Assembly (NCBI GenBank): GCA_945866165.1
Contig: CAMBGO010000001.1
Span: 1-35,895, forward strand
Source of the DNA: Chitinophaga pinensis
Lineage (GTDB): Bacteria > Bacteroidota > Bacteroidia > Chitinophagales > Chitinophagaceae
Direction: 5' to 3'
Length of the DNA: 35,895 nt
The notes under the pieces were generated by a model, which worked only from the letters and a program-made list of their open reading frames with translations, made no database searches and was not told the origin of the DNA. This document shows positions 1 through 10,254 of the stretch, one piece after another. The number at the start of each line of letters is the position of its first letter. Position 1 is the stretch's first letter. The translations under genes were made by a program, and so were the position numbers.

Positions 1-3
1 AGA

Positions 4-3000
4 ATGGTGGTTATTGGACTTTTTAGTTTGATAACTATTTTAACACAAGCACAAAAAAAAGTATTGGTTTTTTCTAAGACCGCTGGGTACAGACATAGCT
101 CAATTGAAGTTGGAAGGCTTGCCATTATGAAATTGGGTAAAGAGAATGGCTTTGATGTTGATACAACTGAAAATGCTTCAATGTTTTCTGACAAAGAGTT
201 GAAAAAATACAGTGCAGTTATTTTTTTTAATGCAACTGGAGATGTTTTGGATCATTATCAACAAGCAGCATTTGAGCGTTACATTCAAGCTGGTGGTGGT
301 TACATGGGTATTCATGCAGCAACTGATTGTGAATATACATGGCCTTGGTATGGTAAACTTTCTGGAGCTTATTTTAAAAGCCATCCAAATCAGCAAAAAG
401 CAACATTAATTGTACACGATAGAACGCATATCAGCACTGCACATCTTCCTGAAAAATGGGAGCGATTTGATGAATGGTATAATTTCACGAAAGCACCTGG
501 GAATGAAGTAAAAGTATTGATCAGCATTGATGAAAAATCATATCAAGGTGGAGAAAATGGTGCTAGTCATCCAATGGCATGGTATCATGAATATGATGGC
601 GGCAGGGCTTTTTATACTGAATTTGGACACACTGACGAATCTTATGTTGAGCCATTTTATTTAAAACATATTCTTGGTGGTATTTTGTATGCAATGGGTA
701 ATGATGTTACATTAGATTACAACAAAGTAAAAACAGCATTGGTTCCAGATGAAGACAGGTTTAGTAGACAGGTACTTGCAGGTGGCGGACTTTTTGACGA
801 ACCTACTGAAATGGCTATTCTCCCTAATCTAGATATTTTGATTGTACAGCGCAAGGGAGAAGTATTGCTATACAAAAATACAACGAAAAAAATTACGCAA
901 ATTGCAAAGTTGGATCTCTATCATCAATCAGGCGTTAAAGATGTTAATGCAGAGGAAGGATTAATGGGGATTACAGCGGATCCTGATTTTATTCATAATA
1001 ATTATATTTATTTATTCTACGCAACGAATGATACAGCAGCAAATCGTTTGTCAAGGTTTATATTTAAAGATGGCAAACTAGATCTTTCAAGTGAAAAGAA
1101 AATTCTTGATGTGGCTGTAACAAGAAAAATTTGTTGTCACACTGGAGGCTCACTCACATTTGGACCCGATGGTTCTCTATATCTTTCAACAGGTGATAAT
1201 ACCACGCCTTTTGATCAGCCAGATTCTAAATACCAATCACAAGGTTATGGTCCAATTGATAACCGCGAAGGTTTTGAACAATTTGATGGCAGGCGCGGAT
1301 CAAGTAATACAAACGATTTACGTGGGAAAGTTTTAAGGATAAAGGTGAATCAAGATGGTACCTATTCAATTCCTGAAGGCAATCTCTTTAAGCCAGGTAC
1401 ACCTAATACACGTCCTGAAATTTATGCGATGGGTGCAAGAAATCCATATCGCATTTCGGTAGATAAAAAAACTGGTTTTCTTTATTGGGGTGATGTAGGC
1501 CCTGATGCCGGATCAGAAAGTCCAGACGTTAAAGGTTCAAGAGGTTATGATGAATTGAATCAAGCACGCAAGCCTGGATATTTCGGATATCCATTATTCA
1601 TCGGTAACAATTATCCTTATCGTCAGTTCAATTATGAAACAGGTGAAGTAGGAGATTTTTTCGATCCAAAAAAGCCGATGAATCTTTCAAAAAATAATAC
1701 TGGATTAACTGAACTTCCTCCAGTGAGTCCTGCATTTATTTGGTATCCTTATGCTGCTTCTCCTGATTTTCCTGAAGTTGGAAAAGGTGGAAGAAATGCC
1801 ATGGCTGGTCCTATTTATCATTCTGAAATGTATCCAAAGGAAACAAGGTATCCAGATTACTACAACGGCAAATTGTTGTTTTATGAATGGATCAGGGGTT
1901 GGATGAAGATGGTTACAATGGATCAAGTCGGAAATTATGAAAAGATGGAACCGATTTGGAATGATTTGAAATTTAAAAGTCCCATTGATATTGAAGTTGG
2001 TCCTGATGGAAGATTTTATGTGTTGGAATATGGTTCTGGTTGGTTTTCTAAAAATACCGATGCTGGACTTTCTAGGGTAGATTATAATGGCGGCAACAGG
2101 GCACCTAGAACTAATCTCAAAGTTGATAAAATTTCTGCATCTGTTCCTTTCAAGATCAAGGCAGATGCCGATGGAACAAAAGATGCTGATGGCGATCCAA
2201 TAACATATACATGGTATTTTGGAAAGTTGGCACTGAAACCAACTGCTTCAAATAAAGCTAGCTTTACTTTCAATGTTCCTGGTGAATACCAAGTTTATTT
2301 TCTTGCAAAAGATTCAAAGGGCGCTACAACAAAAAGTGAAATCATTAAAGTGTATGCAGGCAATGAACTGCCTGTAGTTGATGTATCCATTCAAGCTGAC
2401 AATGATTTTTATATTCCAGGTGTTCCTGTTAATTACAAAGTATCTGTAAAAGACAAGGAAGATGGTTCAACTGCTACAAGTGGAATTGATCCCAAATCGA
2501 TTTTTGTAAAAGTTGATTATGTAAATGGTCCTGATAAAGCTCAAACAGTAGGCCACCAAGGGGTTACTGCCATCATGGAAGGTAGAAATCTCGCAGCCAT
2601 TCTCGATTGCAAGGCTTGTCATAAAGAATCTGAAAAATCAATTGGACCTGCTTATAAAATGGTTGCTACCAAATATGAAAAAGATCCCAAGGCACGAGCT
2701 TATCTCACAAATAAAATTATCAAAGGTGGCGGCGGTGTGTGGGGCGAGGCTGCCATGTCTGCACATCCTGATTTGAAAAAAGAAGATGCTAATTTAATTG
2801 TAGACTGGATTTTAAATTTGAATAAAAAAGAGGCGGCATCGTTACCTTCAAAAGGACAACTCACTGCAACAAAAATGGATGCGGGTAGAAACAATATGAT
2901 GCAAGTAACTGCAACCTATACAGACAAGGGCGCTAAAGGAATAAAGCCATTAACAAGCTATGCAGTTGCTTTGTTGAAGGGATCTGTTGTTGGAGTGGAG

Positions 3001-3378
3001 AAAAATAAAGAAGCTACAGGAATTCAAATTAGAGAAGATGATGGTGATTATTATGCTGACCTCACTGAGCTTTCGGGTTGGTTAAAATTTGATGGATTAA
3101 ACTTGAAAGGTGTTACATCGGTTGAATTACAGTATGATATTGATGAATCACCCGACAAAGGATATAAAATCAGTTGGTTCAGTGGTGGGCTAAATGGTAC
3201 AAAAATTGGAGAAATATCTTTAGATCATACGCTTAGTTCAAATTCATCAACTGTGACTGTTCCTTTGAGTGGACTTCCGAATGTTCCGTCTAGTTTATAT
3301 ATGAAAATTGAAAAAGCAGATGCAAGTGAGAAACAAAAATTCTCCTTGGTTGCTATGAAATTTATTGGCGGGCAATAA
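4..3378 (+). CDS. Secreted multidomain protein: ThuA-like + glucose/sorbosone dehydrogenase-type beta-propeller + PKD + class I cytochrome c + C-terminal CBM6-like domain
   Basis: N-terminal VLVFSKTAGYRHSSI...GGGYMGIHAA...DEWYNF...GRAFYTEFGH (ThuA-like); CCHTGGSLTFGPDG, DLRGKVLRI, EIYAMGARNPYR (GSDH propeller); DADGDPITYTWYFG (PKD); haem motif CKACH at 2608-2622 with GVWGEAAMSAHP. The frame is open to the window edge, so the true start may lie upstream. Confidence 0.85.
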   Translation: MVVIGLFSLITILTQAQKKVLVFSKTAGYRHSSIEVGRLAIMKLGKENGFDVDTTENASMFSDKELKKYSAVIFFNATGDVLDHYQQAAFERYIQAGGGYMGIHAATDCEYTWPWYGKLSGAYFKSHPNQQKATLIVHDRTHISTAHLPEKWERFDEWYNFTKAPGNEVKVLISIDEKSYQGGENGASHPMAWYHEYDGGRAFYTEFGHTDESYVEPFYLKHILGGILYAMGNDVTLDYNKVKTALVPDEDRFSRQVLAGGGLFDEPTEMAILPNLDILIVQRKGEVLLYKNTTKKITQIAKLDLYHQSGVKDVNAEEGLMGITADPDFIHNNYIYLFYATNDTAANRLSRFIFKDGKLDLSSEKKILDVAVTRKICCHTGGSLTFGPDGSLYLSTGDNTTPFDQPDSKYQSQGYGPIDNREGFEQFDGRRGSSNTNDLRGKVLRIKVNQDGTYSIPEGNLFKPGTPNTRPEIYAMGARNPYRISVDKKTGFLYWGDVGPDAGSESPDVKGSRGYDELNQARKPGYFGYPLFIGNNYPYRQFNYETGEVGDFFDPKKPMNLSKNNTGLTELPPVSPAFIWYPYAASPDFPEVGKGGRNAMAGPIYHSEMYPKETRYPDYYNGKLLFYEWIRGWMKMVTMDQVGNYEKMEPIWNDLKFKSPIDIEVGPDGRFYVLEYGSGWFSKNTDAGLSRVDYNGGNRAPRTNLKVDKISASVPFKIKADADGTKDADGDPITYTWYFGKLALKPTASNKASFTFNVPGEYQVYFLAKDSKGATTKSEIIKVYAGNELPVVDVSIQADNDFYIPGVPVNYKVSVKDKEDGSTATSGIDPKSIFVKVDYVNGPDKAQTVGHQGVTAIMEGRNLAAILDCKACHKESEKSIGPAYKMVATKYEKDPKARAYLTNKIIKGGGGVWGEAAMSAHPDLKKEDANLIVDWILNLNKKEAASLPSKGQLTATKMDAGRNNMMQVTATYTDKGAKGIKPLTSYAVALLKGSVVGVEKNKEATGIQIREDDGDYYADLTELSGWLKFDGLNLKGVTSVELQYDIDESPDKGYKISWFSGGLNGTKIGEISLDHTLSSNSSTVTVPLSGLPNVPSSLYMKIEKADASEKQKFSLVAMKFIGGQ

Positions 3379-3396
3379 ATGATTCAATTATAAAAG

Positions 3397-3429
3397 AAAA
3401 GCCGGGGCTTAATTAGCTCCGGCTTTTTT
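3397..3429. terminator. Bidirectional intrinsic terminator between convergent genes
   Basis: AAAAGCCGGGGCT-taatt-AGCTCCGGCTTTT(TT); A-tract on the left, T-tract on the right; overlaps the stop codon of the minus-strand gene. Confidence 0.85.
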
Positions 3430-3786
3430 GTATAAAAAAATATTTATAACCAATACGATAAGTATAATCATTAATCCACCAAATTCTCTTGTATTTTCTA
3501 TCCATGGTTTGGTTGCTTTCATGCTTTGAACAAGGTTTTCAGTATTGTGTCTATTCATCCAATCCATTACACCATCATTGGTATATAATTGTTTCATTCC
3601 AAATCCAAGGCAAAAAATAATTCCTGCAAGGTGAGTGAACCAATCGTATTTATTTCTGTAATTCAAAAAACAAATCACACAGGCAAATCCATAGATGGGT
3701 ATCCATAAATATGGATCTGGATCATTTATTTGCAATAAAGCAAACAGTGCAAATACACCTGAGAAAATGATATTGAATAATTTCAT
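3409..3786 (-). CDS. Transmembrane 220 (TMEM220) family membrane protein
   Basis: FALLQINDPDPYLWIPIYG and C-terminal IENTREFGGL motifs; about four hydrophobic helices. Confidence 0.8.
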   Translation of the reverse strand: MKLFNIIFSGVFALFALLQINDPDPYLWIPIYGFACVICFLNYRNKYDWFTHLAGIIFCLGFGMKQLYTNDGVMDWMNRHNTENLVQSMKATKPWIENTREFGGLMIILIVLVINIFLYKKAGAN

Positions 3787-3787
3787 T

Positions 3788-4675
3788 TTATAGATTCTTG
3801 GTGAGGTTTGATTTTATATAGTTTATGCTTTTCTCCAAGCTATCGAATGGTGACCCAGGGCATTCATCTTGTTCAACATAAAAATGTTTCATTCCCGATG
3901 TTTTTGCTGTTTTGAAAATAGCGTTAAAATCAATTACGCCATTACCAACTTCGGTATAAAATTTCTTTTCTGTTTTATCCATATCCTTAACATGCCATAG
4001 TGGTATTCTCCCATTATGTTCTTTAATGAATGCAATTGGATCCAACCCGGCTTTGCTAACCCAATATAAATCCAATTCTAATTTAACTAGGGAAGCATCA
4101 GATTCTTTCATAAGAATATCCATTGGAAGAATGCCATCAATTTTTTTAAATTCAAAGTCGTGGTTGTGATAACATAATTGAATTCCAGCTTTGTTACAAA
4201 CTTCAGCTGCTCTATTAAGGTCTGCTGCTACTTTTTTGTAGTCGTCAAGTGAAGTTCTTTCTTGATCTGTCAAATATGCAAGTACCATATATTGATGACC
4301 AAGTGTTGCTGCATCTTCAACTGCTTTTTCCCAACCATGTAAAATGCTTCCAGTGGAATTCTTGTCAGCGAATTTGCCATATCCATAATGGCCTGAAACG
4401 GGCGCCATATTTAAATCTGCAAGTGCTTTTTTATATTCATTGGCGGTCCAACCAAAAAATTTCCCACTGTAGCCAAACGTTTCTACTTCTTGAAAACCAA
4501 GAGCAGCAATCTTCTTCAGGGTTCCGGCTGGGTCTTTGAATATTTGGTTTCGGACGGTATATAATTGTACCCCTACTTTTTTGTTGTTGGCATTGAGGGC
4601 AAATGATTCATTCAAAAGCATAGAACCACCGGTTATCAATGCCATTTGTTTGAGTACCGATCTTCTTGTTAACAT
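3788..4675 (-). CDS. Tat-exported sugar phosphate isomerase/epimerase (xylose isomerase-like / AP endonuclease 2 TIM barrel)
   Basis: Twin-arginine signal MLTRRSVLK from ATG 4675 (preferred over the track start 4723); GVQLYTVR, YHNHDFEF, ELDLYW, HVKDM, VEQD metal-binding motifs. Confidence 0.88.
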   Translation of the reverse strand: MLTRRSVLKQMALITGGSMLLNESFALNANNKKVGVQLYTVRNQIFKDPAGTLKKIAALGFQEVETFGYSGKFFGWTANEYKKALADLNMAPVSGHYGYGKFADKNSTGSILHGWEKAVEDAATLGHQYMVLAYLTDQERTSLDDYKKVAADLNRAAEVCNKAGIQLCYHNHDFEFKKIDGILPMDILMKESDASLVKLELDLYWVSKAGLDPIAFIKEHNGRIPLWHVKDMDKTEKKFYTEVGNGVIDFNAIFKTAKTSGMKHFYVEQDECPGSPFDSLEKSINYIKSNLTKNL

Positions 4676-5121
4676 GATTTTATTTTTTAGGTTTTGTAAT
4701 GATTGATTGTTTAGAAGGAACAATTTAATACATATACTTTCAAAAAGAAGTTAATTGAATTGAATATTGAATTTTCGTGATGCCTTTCAGAAATCTTTTA
4801 GGGCATGATATTTTAACCTGGTGCATACAGTTAAGCATTCATAAAGTGAATTTATAAATATATTATGTTTAATATTTTTTTATTAAGTCTAAACAAAACA
4901 TACGAAAAGGCTTAGAATCGGTATTTAAACTGAAATAGAGGTGTTTTGTATACACATTAACAAATTATTTTTTTTTATTAAATATTATTTTTTTGTTAAT
5001 TTGTATTCATAATTTAAGTTAACGGTCTAAAATTTTATAAAAATTTAATTAAAGAAATTTATTTTTTTCATTAATAAATATTTAACTCCTCACATTAATT
5101 TTTAACTAAAACTACAATTGA

Positions 5122-8100
5122 ATGAAACGAAAGCTTCTCTTACATGTAAGGGCAGGTTTACTGATGGTCTTTTTTGGGCTAATGGTATCTGCATCTTTCG
5201 CGCAACAGAAAGTTACTGGTAAGGTAACGGGTGATGCGGGTGGTGGTTTATCTGGTGCTACTGTAAAAGTTAAAGGCTCATCTACAGCTGTGTCAACAGG
5301 TGCTGATGGTTCTTTTTCAATAAGCGTACCAAGTAATGCTACACTTGAAATATCCTATGTTGGTTATGAACCACAGAGTTTAAAGGTAGGATCATTAACT
5401 GTTGTGAACATTAGTTTACAGTCCTCATCGAGTGCACTGCAAACTGTTGTTGTAACTGGTTATGGTTCGCAAGAAAAAAGAAGTATCACGGGATCTGTTG
5501 CTGTAGTTGATACAAAGGAAATGACCAAGTATGCTGCATCAAACATTGCTGATCAGCTTCAGGGTAAGGTTCCGGGTGTGCAGCTTTCAACTTCAGGAGA
5601 TCCAGGTTCTGCAGCGTTTGTGCGGATACGTGGTATTGGTACAATCAATAACAATGAGCCTCTTTATGTAATTGATGGTGTGCCAGTTCAAAATGAATCT
5701 AACATCAACTTCCTTAACCCGAATGACATTGAGTCTATTCAGGTTCTTAAGGATGCTGCATCTGCATCTATCTATGGATCACGTGCAGCAAATGGTGTAA
5801 TTGTAATTACAACCAAAAAAGGTAAGAGCGGAACTTCTAAAATGGCTGTTGATGTTTTTTATGGTACACAATCTCCATCTAAAATTCCTGAAACACTTAG
5901 TCCACTTGAGTTTCTTGAAGTGCAACAAAAATTGGCTGCAGGTCAGGGTATACCTTTTACTTCCAACATTTATTTAAACAAAGGTGGTACTTGGGTATTA
6001 CCGGATTTTGCAGTTCGTGGATTGGGTGGCTTCGCTGCAGGTGATCCTGCTGTTGATCCTGCAAAATACAACTTGAACCTCGATCCAACTGGTCGTGGTG
6101 TAGGTGACTATTTGATTTTAAAAACAAATAAGGCTGGTACGAACTGGTTTAATGAAGTATTTAAGCCTGCTGCTATGAAGAACTATCAGATGTCAGCATC
6201 AGGTGGTTCTGAAAAAGGCAATTACTTTTTCTCAGGCAACGTATACGACCATCAGGGTATTATGATCGGTAACGATTACAAACGTTATCAGACTCGTTTC
6301 AATTCTACATTCAATATAGGCAAGCGCATTCGTATTGGTGAAAACTTGAACATTGCTTATCAAACAACGCGTGCATCAGTTGGAAATCCCAACGAGGGTT
6401 CAGCATTGATTGGTACATATGGTATGCCTCAATTGGTGCCTGTTTATGATATCCAGGGTAATTTTGCATCACCTGCAAACTTCAACTCAAACGTTTCCAA
6501 TCCAGTTTCTCAGCAAACAAGAAACCGTGATAATGGATCTGGCCATAGCATGAGAATAACTGGTAGTGCTTATGGTGAAGTAGATTTGACAGATTTCCTT
6601 ACTTGGAAAACATCATATGGTTTGGATTATGGTAGCGGTCCTGGTGAATTCTATGGCACGCGTTACTATGATGCAACAGAAGGAAATACAAACCCCAACT
6701 CATTAAGTAAGTCTTATTATTTAAATAGAAACTGGGTATTCTTCTCAACAGTTGCATTTAAAAAGAACTTTGGCAGTCATAAGGTTAGTGCATTGGCTGG
6801 ATATGAGTCAAAGCAAACTTACTACGAAGGATTTAATGCCCGTGGTTCTGAGTTGGCATTTGACAACTATAACTATAGGCTACTTCAAAATGTGAACCCA
6901 GCTACTTATAATATGAGTAGCTACCGTGGTGAACACAATGTAGTTTCACAATTTGCTACAGGATCTTACTCTTTTGATGATAGATTCTTGGCATCAGCTA
7001 CTGTTCGTCGTGATGGTTCTTCAAGATTCATTGAAAATCAATATGGTATTTTCCCTTCAGGAAGTTTGGGTTGGAGAGTATCAAAAGAAAAATTCATGGA
7101 TAACATCAGCTTCATCAATGATTTGAAATTAAGGGCATCGTATGGTATCCTTGGTAACAATGAGGTAGGTGGTGATTATCCTGGATACTCTAATTTCTCT
7201 ACTGGTATTGATGCAGCTAACTATGATATCCGCGGTACTGGAAACAGTACTGTTACAGGATTCGAGCAATCTTCAACAGGAAATCCAAAATTAAAGTGGG
7301 AGAGTTCAGCCGTTACAAACATCGGTATTGATGCTGCTCTTGCTGGTGGATGGAATGTGATGGTTGAGTGGTATAAGCGTGATACAAGAGATATGATTTA
7401 CAACGTTGAGCTTCCTCTCGAATTGGGTTCTGTTGGTCGCCAGGCACAAAATATCGGTAAGATGAAAAATACCGGTATTGATTTCTCTTTGGGATACAAC
7501 AAGCGCGTGAACAAAGATTTCAATTTCAATGTAGGTGTTACTGGATCAACAGTTAAAAATACTGTTGTTCAACTTGAAGCCAATTCAAATACTTTTATCC
7601 GTTCTGGTGGATCAAGGATTGGAGACATCACTTATACAAAAGCAGGATTGCCTATTTCTCAGTTCTATGGATATGTCCAAGAGGGATTGTGGAAGTCAGA
7701 TGCGGATATTGCTAAAACTTTGTTCACTGATAAGGGGGATGCTAAAGTTGGACGATTCCGTTACAAAGACTTAAACAAAGATGGTAAAATCGATAACAAC
7801 GATGAAACATACCTTGGAAGTCCTATCCCAACATTGTTGCTAGGTCTTAACCTTACAGCAAACTATAAGAATTGGGATTTCACTGCATACATCAGCGGTA
7901 CCTATGGCAACAAGCTTTTCAACTTCGTGAAATACTTTTCAGAGTTTAACGCGTTCCAGCGTAGCAGAAGCAAGAATTTCTTGTATGAAGCAGGAAAGAC
8001 ATTGCCTGTTCTTGATGGTAGTGATAACTATAGCTCACAGCGTAATAGCTATTATGTTGAAAGTGGTTCATTTACCCGTTTGAGAAATCTTCAAGTTGGA

Positions 8101-8331
8101 TATTCTGTAGACAATGCTACTTTGAAAAAACTTGGATTGGGCAGGTGTCGTTTCTATGTTCAAGGCCAAAACTTGTTGACATTTAGCAAGTACACAGGAC
8201 TTGATCCCGATGTAACTGTTACCAATATCACGGAAGGCTATAATAGTCAGCGTGACCTATCATTGGGATTGGATTTTGGTCGTATCCCACTTTCAAGGTC
8301 AGTGATCGTTGGTATAAACCTTGAGTTCTAA
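5122..8331 (+). CDS. susC: SusC/RagA family TonB-dependent outer membrane transporter
   Basis: N-terminal carboxypeptidase-regulatory-like domain, VVVTGYG, plug motif NPNDIESIQVLKDAASASIYGSRAANGVIVITTKKG, GNPKLKWE, C-terminal Phe (INLEF). Confidence 0.96.
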   Translation: MKRKLLLHVRAGLLMVFFGLMVSASFAQQKVTGKVTGDAGGGLSGATVKVKGSSTAVSTGADGSFSISVPSNATLEISYVGYEPQSLKVGSLTVVNISLQSSSSALQTVVVTGYGSQEKRSITGSVAVVDTKEMTKYAASNIADQLQGKVPGVQLSTSGDPGSAAFVRIRGIGTINNNEPLYVIDGVPVQNESNINFLNPNDIESIQVLKDAASASIYGSRAANGVIVITTKKGKSGTSKMAVDVFYGTQSPSKIPETLSPLEFLEVQQKLAAGQGIPFTSNIYLNKGGTWVLPDFAVRGLGGFAAGDPAVDPAKYNLNLDPTGRGVGDYLILKTNKAGTNWFNEVFKPAAMKNYQMSASGGSEKGNYFFSGNVYDHQGIMIGNDYKRYQTRFNSTFNIGKRIRIGENLNIAYQTTRASVGNPNEGSALIGTYGMPQLVPVYDIQGNFASPANFNSNVSNPVSQQTRNRDNGSGHSMRITGSAYGEVDLTDFLTWKTSYGLDYGSGPGEFYGTRYYDATEGNTNPNSLSKSYYLNRNWVFFSTVAFKKNFGSHKVSALAGYESKQTYYEGFNARGSELAFDNYNYRLLQNVNPATYNMSSYRGEHNVVSQFATGSYSFDDRFLASATVRRDGSSRFIENQYGIFPSGSLGWRVSKEKFMDNISFINDLKLRASYGILGNNEVGGDYPGYSNFSTGIDAANYDIRGTGNSTVTGFEQSSTGNPKLKWESSAVTNIGIDAALAGGWNVMVEWYKRDTRDMIYNVELPLELGSVGRQAQNIGKMKNTGIDFSLGYNKRVNKDFNFNVGVTGSTVKNTVVQLEANSNTFIRSGGSRIGDITYTKAGLPISQFYGYVQEGLWKSDADIAKTLFTDKGDAKVGRFRYKDLNKDGKIDNNDETYLGSPIPTLLLGLNLTANYKNWDFTAYISGTYGNKLFNFVKYFSEFNAFQRSRSKNFLYEAGKTLPVLDGSDNYSSQRNSYYVESGSFTRLRNLQVGYSVDNATLKKLGLGRCRFYVQGQNLLTFSKYTGLDPDVTVTNITEGYNSQRDLSLGLDFGRIPLSRSVIVGINLEF

Positions 8332-8428
8332 AACATCAAAAAAGCTAAACAAGAATTAAACTTTTCGTAAATTCAGAATATATTAGAACAAGTTTTAATT
8401 CTGAAGCTAAAAAATGAAAAATAAATAA

Positions 8429-10153
8429 ATGAAAATGAGAAAGAATATCATGCAAAAATTATCGATACTAGGTATCCTAGCGATCGTTATCTACAGTTGC
8501 GGCAAAGATTTTCTTGAAACACAACCTTATGGTAGTGTTAACAACGAGCTACTTGCAACATCTGAAAAAGGTGCCAATGCACTTTTGATTGCAGCCTATT
8601 CAGGGCTGGATGGATTTTCCGGATGGGACAATGGTGGTCCTTGGGGGGGAGCGTCTTCTAACTGGACATTTGGAAGCATTGCCGGCGGTGATGCCTATAA
8701 AGGTTCAGAAGCGGGTGACCAACCTGATATCACGCCACTTGAAAGGCATACTATTGATGCCAACAACCCTTATTTGGAGCAAAAATGGAGAAATTACTAT
8801 GATGGTATTTCAAGAGCTAATCAAACTATCAAGGCATTCACTGCACTTACTGTAGGAGATCCAACTTTGAAAGTAACACGTATTGCGGAGGCTAAATTCC
8901 TTCGTGCTTGGATGCATTTTGATCTTTGGAAAATCTTCCGCAACGTTCCATACATTGATGAAACGCTAGAAGATGTTAGGGTTGGTAATACTGCCAATAT
9001 TCTTCCTAAGATTCAAGCAGATCTTCAAGCTGCCATTGGTGGCCTTCCATTAACACAACCAGAGCCTGGTCGAGTAACAAAAGGAGCTGCTCAAGCAATC
9101 TTGGGTATGACTTATATGTGGGAGAAAAAGTGGAATGATGCAAAAGGTCAATTTGATGCAATCATTAATTCTGGTAGGTATGGATTAAACGCTAAGTTCA
9201 GCGATAATTTCAATGCCAGTGTTAGAAATTCAAAAGAAGGTATTCTAGAAGTACAGTTTGCTGTAAATGCAGGTGGAGGTGATAATGGAAACCAAGGTGA
9301 TATCCTTAATTTCCCTTACAATGGTGGTCCTGGTGGATGTTGCGGTTTCCATCAGCCATCACAGGATTTAGTAAATGCATTCCAGGTTAGTCCTGCAGGC
9401 TTGCCTTTGCTAGATACCTATAGCAGTACAGATGTAACAAATGATGATGGAATCAAAGCTGACGCCAATTACACACCGCATACAGGTCCATTGGATCCTC
9501 GTTTGGATAGAACTGTTGGTCGTCGTGGGATTCCATACTTGGATTGGGGAGCACACCCGGGTTCAGTTTGGATTAGGGATCAATCTTATGGTGGTCCTTA
9601 TGCTCCAATGAAAAATGTACATGCTAAGTCACAATCTGGCGAAGTGGTAAATGCTGCTGGTTGGACTTCAGGTGCGAACTCTAATACAACAAAGCTCATA
9701 CGCTTTGCGGATATCTTGTTATTGGCAGCTGAAGCCGAAGTAGAAACTGGCAACCTTGAAAAAGCAAGGGGCTATGTAAATCAAATTCGTAGAAGGGCTT
9801 CAAATCCAGCAGACTTTGTTCAGAATCTTGCCGGTACTGCTCCTGCTGCTAACTATAGGATAAGTGAATATACTGCACCATGGACAAGTGCTGATGTTGC
9901 AAGAAAGGCAGTACGTTTCGAGCGTCGCATTGAGCTTGGAATGGAAGGGCACAGATTCTTTGACCTAGTAAGATGGGGTGTTGCTACAGAAGTGAAGAAT
10001 GCATATTTTGCAAAAGAAAAATCAAAGAGAACTTATCTTACTGGAGCAACATTTACTTCAGGTAAAAGCGAGATTTTCCCACTTCCTGCAAAAGCAATCA
10101 CACAGAGTGCTAAAGATGGTAAAGCCACACTTGTTCAGAATCCTGGCTACTAA
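8429..10153 (+). CDS. susD: SusD/RagB family nutrient-binding lipoprotein
   Basis: Lipobox IYSC-GKDFLE; IRFADILLLAAEA, ERRIELGMEGHRFFDLVRWG, terminal QNPGY; directly follows susC. Several Met starts are possible. Confidence 0.96.
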   Translation: MKMRKNIMQKLSILGILAIVIYSCGKDFLETQPYGSVNNELLATSEKGANALLIAAYSGLDGFSGWDNGGPWGGASSNWTFGSIAGGDAYKGSEAGDQPDITPLERHTIDANNPYLEQKWRNYYDGISRANQTIKAFTALTVGDPTLKVTRIAEAKFLRAWMHFDLWKIFRNVPYIDETLEDVRVGNTANILPKIQADLQAAIGGLPLTQPEPGRVTKGAAQAILGMTYMWEKKWNDAKGQFDAIINSGRYGLNAKFSDNFNASVRNSKEGILEVQFAVNAGGGDNGNQGDILNFPYNGGPGGCCGFHQPSQDLVNAFQVSPAGLPLLDTYSSTDVTNDDGIKADANYTPHTGPLDPRLDRTVGRRGIPYLDWGAHPGSVWIRDQSYGGPYAPMKNVHAKSQSGEVVNAAGWTSGANSNTTKLIRFADILLLAAEAEVETGNLEKARGYVNQIRRRASNPADFVQNLAGTAPAANYRISEYTAPWTSADVARKAVRFERRIELGMEGHRFFDLVRWGVATEVKNAYFAKEKSKRTYLTGATFTSGKSEIFPLPAKAITQSAKDGKATLVQNPGY

Positions 10154-10173
10154 TATTTAATTTGACATATTTT

Positions 10174-10203
10174 AAGGCTGCACAAAATGTGCAGCCTTTT
10201 TTT
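10174..10203 (+). terminator. Intrinsic terminator after susD
   Basis: AAGGCTGCACA-aaa-TGTGCAGCCTT followed by a T run. Confidence 0.88.
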
Positions 10204-10254
10204 ATTTAATTAGTCTTACATAAAAAAATTAATTTTAGGGAGATTAACTCGATT

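Noticed and set aside
4676-5121. Short inverted repeats (e.g. ACAAAACA 4893-4900 / TGTTTTGT 4942-4949) as an invertible promoter or operator
   Set aside because: Extremely AT-rich low-complexity DNA where such matches are expected; no recombinase nearby.
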